DNA of 64,000 bases, from assembly GCA_049609145.1 (NCBI GenBank), contig JBMYYF010000007.1, positions 9,823 to 73,822 of the forward strand. The letters run 5' to 3'. The notes beneath the pieces are model-generated. The model made no database searches, was not told the DNA's origin, and was given only the letters and a program-made list of their open reading frames with translations. This document shows, piece by piece, positions 58,630 through 64,000 of this stretch. The translations under genes and the position numbers were made by a program. The stretch comes from Alphaproteobacteria bacterium (GTDB lineage: Bacteria; Pseudomonadota; Alphaproteobacteria; SPJN01). How positions within the stretch are numbered: the stretch's first letter is position 1; the number at the start of each line of letters is the position of its first letter.

Positions 58630-59562
58630 ATGTCAGACGGTGATTCAAATAAAGAAACCGGGCCCAATGTCCGCAAGGCGGGCCAAGCGTTCAATTTTGC
58701 GGCGCAGATGAACCCCAAGGGGCGCAAAGCTGCAATTGCGGGCAAGCCGCATGTTATTGTGTTGGGCAATGAAAAAGGCGGTTCCGGCAAATCAACTACG
58801 GCGATGCACATTACCGCGGCTTTGATGAAACTTGGCTTTTCGGTTGGGCTGCTGGATTTGGATGGGCGGCAGCGCTCACTTAGTCGTTATGTCGAAAATC
58901 GGGGTGAATATGCGCAGCGCCATGGGTTGAAGCTGCCAATGCCCCGGCACCATGTGTTGATGCGCTCCGAGCTTGATTCCATGGAAGACCGCGCCGCGGC
59001 AGAGCTGGCGGCGGTGCAAGCCGCCTTGGATGATTTTGCCGACTGCCAATTCATAGTGATTGATTGCCCCGGCTCCGACACGCATTTGTCACGCCTTGGG
59101 CATTCACTGGCCGATACGTTGGTGACGCCAATCAATGACAGCTTTGTAGACTTTGATTTGATTGGCAAGGTCGATCCTGAAACTTATGAAGTGAAAAGCC
59201 CCAGCCTATACGCAGAACTGGTATGGGACAGTCGCAAGCAACGTATGATGCGCGATCGCACAACGGTGGATTGGGTTGTGATGCGCAATCGCTTGCAACA
59301 GCTAGACGCCAAAAACAAACGCCGGGTGGGCGAGGCGCTGACCGTACTGGCAGACCGTATCGGCTTTCGGGTCGCGCCGGGCTTTGGCGAACGGGTGATA
59401 TACCGCGAGCTGTTCCTGAACGGCTTGACCCTGATTGATCTGGTGGGGGCCGATACGGGTGTGAACCTGACCATGTCCCACGTTGCGGCACGCAATGAAG
59501 TGCGGGGGCTGATCGAATCCCTCAACCTGCCGGGGCTTGAGGGACGACTGGCAGAGCTTTAG
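58630..59562 (+). CDS. mipZ: division-plane positioning ATPase MipZ (ParA/MinD-like)
   Basis: Deviant Walker A 'GNEKGGSGKSTTAMHI', size ~310 aa, and the conserved alphaproteobacterial adjacency to panC. Confidence 0.8.
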   Translation: MSDGDSNKETGPNVRKAGQAFNFAAQMNPKGRKAAIAGKPHVIVLGNEKGGSGKSTTAMHITAALMKLGFSVGLLDLDGRQRSLSRYVENRGEYAQRHGLKLPMPRHHVLMRSELDSMEDRAAAELAAVQAALDDFADCQFIVIDCPGSDTHLSRLGHSLADTLVTPINDSFVDFDLIGKVDPETYEVKSPSLYAELVWDSRKQRMMRDRTTVDWVVMRNRLQQLDAKNKRRVGEALTVLADRIGFRVAPGFGERVIYRELFLNGLTLIDLVGADTGVNLTMSHVAARNEVRGLIESLNLPGLEGRLAEL

Positions 59563-59594
59563 GCTGCTACTTCATTCATTGGAGGAAATTTTGC

Positions 59595-60053
59595 ATGCCG
59601 TGGCTGATGGCTGGAATTGTCGTTTTGGGCACTGTTCTTTATATGGCGTGGCGCGCGAAAGAGGCTGAGCCAACGGCCTTGGCGCGCAATGTGCGCATTG
59701 CAGGTATCGGCGTGTTGGGTGTTGCCACCGTTGCCTTGGCGCTGACCGGGCGCATTGGGCTGGCCGCGATGACAGGCATGGGCGCGGCGGGATTATGGCG
59801 CACGGTTTTTCCCACAAAACACAAAGTCACCGATCAATCAGCGGATGAGGGGGAGGCCCAAAATGCCCCCCGCAGCAAAAGCAATATGGCCCGCGATGAA
59901 GCGTTGGAAGTGCTGGGGCTGGATGAAGGCGCCAGCGCGGATGAGATCAAAGCCGCGCATCGTCGTCTCATTAGCCAAATGCATCCTGATAAGGGTGGCA
60001 GCGATTGGCTGGCCGCCCGGTTGAATGAAGCCAAAGATCGTTTGTTGGATTAG
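59595..60053 (+). CDS. membrane protein with C-terminal J domain (DnaJ-like)
   Basis: Two hydrophobic segments then 'EALEVLGLDEGASADEIKAAHRRLISQMHPDKGGSDWLAARLNEAKDRL' (HPD motif). Stop overlaps the convergent dacC-like stop. Confidence 0.65.
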   Translation: MPWLMAGIVVLGTVLYMAWRAKEAEPTALARNVRIAGIGVLGVATVALALTGRIGLAAMTGMGAAGLWRTVFPTKHKVTDQSADEGEAQNAPRSKSNMARDEALEVLGLDEGASADEIKAAHRRLISQMHPDKGGSDWLAARLNEAKDRLLD

Positions 60054-61465
60054 CGGTTCAGTGCCGCCACGCTGCGGTTTTTCTTGGGCGCGATGGTCAG
60101 GCAATCAAAGCCTTTGCGGCTTAGGCCTTTACAGGCACCATAGGCCGTGGGCTTGCTAAGACCCGCAATGCGCGAACGATAAATTGTGCGTGACCCGCGG
60201 CGCAGAGCAGGGGTTACGATTTCTCCATCAGATAGCGTTTGGAGCTTGCCTTGCGCATCCTTGGCGCGGGCGTGGGCCTTTTCTTTGGAGTAATAGGCCC
60301 CAACCTGTACTTGCCAGTTTTCGGTATGGCTGCTTGTTGCGGCATGTGCCGGTGATGAAATGATGGCCGCTGCGATTGAGCGTGATTTTGGCATGGCGGG
60401 CGCTGCAGCAAAGCCCGGGCGGGCATTGGGCATTGGCGTATTGGCACGCACAGCCCTTGCGGCGATCTGTGTGTTTTGCTTGGCAGACCATTGCCCGGCT
60501 GCCATGGCAAGCCCACGGGCCTTCTCATATTCCCATGCGGTTTGAATGCGTTGGCCACCGCGCGGGGTGGGGCGGGGCAAAAAGTCGACCACATATTGCG
60601 GCTTGGTTTTGCCTTGGCGGACGGCTTTGAAGGCATCTGTCAGCAGGGCCTTCATGTGGTTGTTGCGCCGGGCAGGACTGCGCCCCCCAAACACAACACC
60701 AATCAAATGATGCGGCCCGCGCTTAACGGAGCTTACAAGGTTATAGCCAGAGGCATTGATATAGCCGGTCTTGATACCGTCCGTGCCGGAATAAGTGCCC
60801 AGCAATTTGTTGTGGGTTTTGTAGGTGCGCTTGCCGAACTTAAAGGCGCGCGTGGAAAAATAGTGATAGCGATCCGGGTAATGTTCAATCAAGGCGCGTG
60901 CCAACAACGCCATGTCATAGGCGGTGGTTTTTTGATGCCTGTTAGGCAGGCCGGAAGCGTTTTTGAATGTGGTGTCTTTCATGCCCAAGGCACGGGCGCG
61001 TTCCGTCATCAAAGAGGCAAAGCGGCTTTCGGTGCCGCCAATGGCTTCACCCAACACGGTGGCAACATCATTGGCAGAGCGTGTGACCAGCGCGAGAATG
61101 GCTTGTTCAACCGAAATGCGTTGACCGCGCCGCAAATGCAGCTTGGAAGCCGGTTGCCCTGCCGCCCGGCGCGAGGTTGTAAGCTGCTGATCGATGGACA
61201 ATTTGCCTTCGGCCAGAGCCTCAAACGTCATGTAAAGGGTCATCATCTTGGTCAGGCTGGCGGGATAGCGTTTGGCGAGTGAATGCCGATTGTGGATAAC
61301 TTCACCCGTTTTGGCATCTATCACGATGGAGGCATATTTGGTGGCAGCCGCAGCCTGCGAGGCGTTGGCGAGCACAAGCATGAGCCCAAGCAGCAATGCC
61401 GTGATCCCAGCCCAAAGAGCATGTGATTTTATAAGCCGTTGATTTGTAATGGCTTTCGCCTTCAT
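60050..61465 (-). CDS. D-alanyl-D-alanine carboxypeptidase (S11, PBP5/6-like) with C-terminal SPOR domain
   Basis: 'PASLTKMMT' (SxxK), 'SANDVA' (SxN), 'KTGYINASGYN' (KTG), and C-terminal 'WQVQVGAYYSKEKAHARAKDAQGKL ... YRSRIAGL' SPOR-like domain. Confidence 0.75.
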   Translation of the reverse strand: MKAKAITNQRLIKSHALWAGITALLLGLMLVLANASQAAAATKYASIVIDAKTGEVIHNRHSLAKRYPASLTKMMTLYMTFEALAEGKLSIDQQLTTSRRAAGQPASKLHLRRGQRISVEQAILALVTRSANDVATVLGEAIGGTESRFASLMTERARALGMKDTTFKNASGLPNRHQKTTAYDMALLARALIEHYPDRYHYFSTRAFKFGKRTYKTHNKLLGTYSGTDGIKTGYINASGYNLVSSVKRGPHHLIGVVFGGRSPARRNNHMKALLTDAFKAVRQGKTKPQYVVDFLPRPTPRGGQRIQTAWEYEKARGLAMAAGQWSAKQNTQIAARAVRANTPMPNARPGFAAAPAMPKSRSIAAAIISSPAHAATSSHTENWQVQVGAYYSKEKAHARAKDAQGKLQTLSDGEIVTPALRRGSRTIYRSRIAGLSKPTAYGACKGLSRKGFDCLTIAPKKNRSVAALNR

Positions 61466-61723
61466 CTGCCTCGCCTCGGCTGTTCATTTTTCTGCCGAAT
61501 CACCCTGCGGTTAGCATAAGGGACGGAGAGTCAAGGGAGCAAGGGAATTCTCGCCCAAAATTGGTTAATTTCTTCCTGATTCCAGCCACTTAGCCTGTGG
61601 ATAAATTGTGAATGAGTACTCTGGCCTCAAACTCGATATGCATTGGCAAAGATGCCTCTTTCACCTTCAGCAAGAATAAGGATAATGCGCCCAACATGAA
61701 TTTTGCGTAAACGGGGGTTAATC

Positions 61724-63220
61724 ATGAGTAATGGGGGCAATGTGAGTGCTTCGGCGGCTTTGCCGACTGGGCTGCAAACGGCGATCATTGTGGGGGCCGG
61801 GGCATCTGGTCTGTGTACGGCGATCAAGCTGAAACAGCAGGGGATCGACAAATTTGTGATCCTTGAATTGTCCGATGGCGTGGGCGGCACATGGCGCGAT
61901 AATTCCTATCCCGGTTCGGGCTGCGATGTGCCAAGCCACCTTTATTCATTCTCATTTGAACCTAATCCCAATTGGACCCGGCGCTTTTCCCGCCAGCCGG
62001 AGATTTTGGATTACTTTGAATTTGTGGCGGATAAATACAAGCTGCGGCCTCATATCGTTACCAATACGCGGGTGGATGAGGCGCGTTACGACGCGGAAAA
62101 TTCCACATGGAAAGTTACCACCGATAAGGGCGATGTGGTTGAAGGACGGTTCCTGATATCGGGCACCGGGCAACTTAACCGTCCCTTCGTGCCGGAGATT
62201 GAAGGGACAGACAGTTTTGCGGGCACCGCCTTTCATTCTGCGCGGTGGAACCACGACCATGATTTAACGGGCAAAAACATTGCGGTGATCGGTAATGGGG
62301 CCTCTGCCATTCAATTCGTGCCGGAGATCGTGCCGAAAGCAGCGAATGTGACCATCTTCCAACGCAGCGCAAACTGGATTGTTGAGAAGCCGGATCGGTC
62401 TTATCCCGCCTGGGAACGCGCGCTTTATAAATATGTGAAGCCATTATTGTGGCTTTCCCGCCAGCGCATCTTCTATGCGTTTGAAATGCGCTTCAGCTCG
62501 TTCAAGCAAGGCACATGGTTGAACAAGGTGGCGGACAAAGCTGCGCGTGAGCACATGGAAGAAGAATTGAAAACGGACGAAGCGCGCGCGCTGCATATTC
62601 CTGATTATCCAATCGGGTGTAAGCGGGTGCTGATCTCCAATGATTATTTGGCCGCGGTGCAAGAACCGCATGTGAAGGTGAACACCAGTGGTGTGGCAAA
62701 GATAGAGGCCGATGCGATCATTGGAAATGATGGGCAGCGGCACGAGATTGATACGCTGATTTATTCAACAGGTTTCAAAACGTCTGAGTTCATTTCGCCG
62801 ATGAAAGTGGTGGGCGTTGATGGCATTGATCTGAATGCGGCATGGAAAGAAGGGGCCGAGGCGCACCAAGGCATTACGGTTGCGGGCTTTCCCAATTTCT
62901 TTATGGCTTATGGTCCCAATACCAATCTGGGTCACAATTCCATTATCTTTATGGTGGAATGCCAAGTGCGCTACATCATGAATTGTTTGAACATGGTGTT
63001 GGCGCGCGACTTGAAGGCGCTTGATGTAAAGCGTGAGGCAATGTCGGCTTACAATACCCGGTTGCAGAACGCACTTGGTGATACCATTTGGGCCGCCGGT
63101 TGCGATAGCTGGTATAAAAACGATGCTGGCAAGATCGTCAATAATTGGTCGGGCTATGCGTTGGGCTATCGCAAGGAAACGCGCAAGCTTAGCTGGGATG
63201 ACTACCAGTTGATCGCCTGA
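61724..63220 (+). CDS. flavin-containing / Baeyer-Villiger-type monooxygenase (FAD and NADPH binding)
   Basis: Start at ATG 61724. 'AIIVGAGASGLCTA' (FAD GxGxxG), 'VIGNGASAIQ' (NADPH GxGxxG), FMO-like linker motifs. Confidence 0.75.
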   Translation: MSNGGNVSASAALPTGLQTAIIVGAGASGLCTAIKLKQQGIDKFVILELSDGVGGTWRDNSYPGSGCDVPSHLYSFSFEPNPNWTRRFSRQPEILDYFEFVADKYKLRPHIVTNTRVDEARYDAENSTWKVTTDKGDVVEGRFLISGTGQLNRPFVPEIEGTDSFAGTAFHSARWNHDHDLTGKNIAVIGNGASAIQFVPEIVPKAANVTIFQRSANWIVEKPDRSYPAWERALYKYVKPLLWLSRQRIFYAFEMRFSSFKQGTWLNKVADKAAREHMEEELKTDEARALHIPDYPIGCKRVLISNDYLAAVQEPHVKVNTSGVAKIEADAIIGNDGQRHEIDTLIYSTGFKTSEFISPMKVVGVDGIDLNAAWKEGAEAHQGITVAGFPNFFMAYGPNTNLGHNSIIFMVECQVRYIMNCLNMVLARDLKALDVKREAMSAYNTRLQNALGDTIWAAGCDSWYKNDAGKIVNNWSGYALGYRKETRKLSWDDYQLIA

Positions 63221-64000
63221 AGAATATAGGGGATCGCGGCGGGGCCAATGGTGCTGTGCCGCGCGCCTTCTACCTCAATAAAAGTGCCCTGCGCCTGATG
63301 TGCAAAGCGTTGAATGACGTGCGCCGGAACGGTTTTGTCGTTTTGCCCGGCAATGTGCAATTGGGGTGTGCCCGTGAGGAGCGGGGCTTTTTCCAATGGG
63401 TCATCAGTGGGTAAGAAGGTTGAAACCTGATGGTGGCGCGCCCACTCATTCAAGGCCAGTGGCGCGGCCAGTGTGATGAGCAGGCGGGTGTTCGTTTCTG
63501 TGGCCAGATGCGCGGCGATAACGCCGCCACCTGAAATGCCGATCAGGATTGTGGGGCGCGCGGACAGGGCGTTCAGGCTTTGCTTTAAGCGATTTTGCGC
63601 CTCTGCCCCAAAGCGATCAAGCAGCCACAAATTCGATGGGCATTTTGCCAGTTCTGCCGCGGAGAGATATTGGCAAGGGCGCGCCATATAGGCGACGGCA
63701 TGATCAGGCAGGGCATTTGCCAGACGGTTCGCCAGAAGAAATCCATCCGGCGTTAAAGGGGTCGGGTCGGGGGAGGGCGTATAACGATTGATGAAGGCCA
63801 GCCCGTCGCCCTCTATTACCACCAGCATTGGGTGTTGGGGGCTGCCTTTGCGCAAAAGAGCAAGGGGGTGTTTCGCACTGCCTGTATCGACAAGCTGGAA
63901 GCCCTGCCCGGCGGCGTGTTCAAGCAGCCCGGCACGATTGTCAAGCGAGGTGCCTGCGCAGCCGACCAACATAAAAAGGCCGCACAGAAAAATGACTGCG
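63202..64000 (-). CDS. alpha/beta hydrolase, probable lipoprotein; N-terminus runs off the window end
   Basis: In-frame upstream codons to 64000 read ...AVIFLCGLFMLVGCAG (signal peptide plus lipobox LVGC), so the true start lies beyond the window. 'ILIGISGGGVIAAHLA' nucleophile elbow. Confidence 0.65.
   Translation of the reverse strand, partial: AVIFLCGLFMLVGCAGTSLDNRAGLLEHAAGQGFQLVDTGSAKHPLALLRKGSPQHPMLVVIEGDGLAFINRYTPSPDPTPLTPDGFLLANRLANALPDHAVAYMARPCQYLSAAELAKCPSNLWLLDRFGAEAQNRLKQSLNALSARPTILIGISGGGVIAAHLATETNTRLLITLAAPLALNEWARHHQVSTFLPTDDPLEKAPLLTGTPQLHIAGQNDKTVPAHVIQRFAHQAQGTFIEVEGARHSTIGPAAIPYILQAINW

Noticed and set aside
1-64000. tRNA, rRNA, riboswitch or other structured RNA genes in intergenic regions
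   Set aside because: I inspected every intergenic gap >60 nt (956-1140, 2214-2334, 9578-9715, 13539-13683, 14623-14881, 17337-17500, 22405-22469, 48191-48438, 61466-61723). None shows cloverleaf-compatible stems, rRNA-like sequence or a recognisable riboswitch core. Cannot exclude small RNAs without a covariance-model search.

Overview
This is a GC-rich chromosomal segment that is almost certainly alphaproteobacterial. The evidence is mipZ next to panC, an aapJQMP general amino-acid transporter, an Rrf2-regulated suf operon, pxpABC, glnE and the divergent tyrS/anmK pair. I support about 60 protein-coding genes from the translations. Most are housekeeping. They include a sulfur-amino-acid cluster (CysK-like, sseA, metC-like, an orphan biotinyl-domain protein), aapJ-SDR-aapQMP, pxpABC, nadK/moaA/glpK, an RND efflux pair, an MpaA-like/dipeptide-epimerase pair, cytochrome c, a STAS-MlaE/MlaF/MlaD/lipoprotein operon, bcp, glnE, an AsmA-like protein, tyrS, anmK, the full suf operon, panC, mipZ and a DacC-SPOR protein. 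I found no rRNA, tRNA, CRISPR, integrase or transposase. The most interesting region is a compact, translationally coupled five-gene operon of unknown function at 17.5-22.4 kb. It sits behind an AT-rich leader. Its fourth gene encodes a 1028-aa protein with a TTG start and a perfect AGGAGG Shine-Dalgarno. That protein carries two tandem ~160-aa jelly-roll/CBM-like repeats and an Ig-like 'DKAGN' domain. None of the five proteins has a signal peptide and no phage backbone genes are present. It looks like an orphan phage-tail-fibre or GTA-accessory-like receptor-binding module, or a new system. Other points worth a second look are a low-GC hicAB-like toxin-antitoxin islet with dual-coding GAAGAY hexamer repeats, and an 8-bp microsatellite exactly at the aapJ stop. 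There is also a near-perfect palindrome (candidate IscR/Rrf2 operator) upstream of the suf operon, a DUF3604/VOC gene pair, an SDR gene splitting aapJ from aapQMP, and several small accessory-looking secreted proteins.
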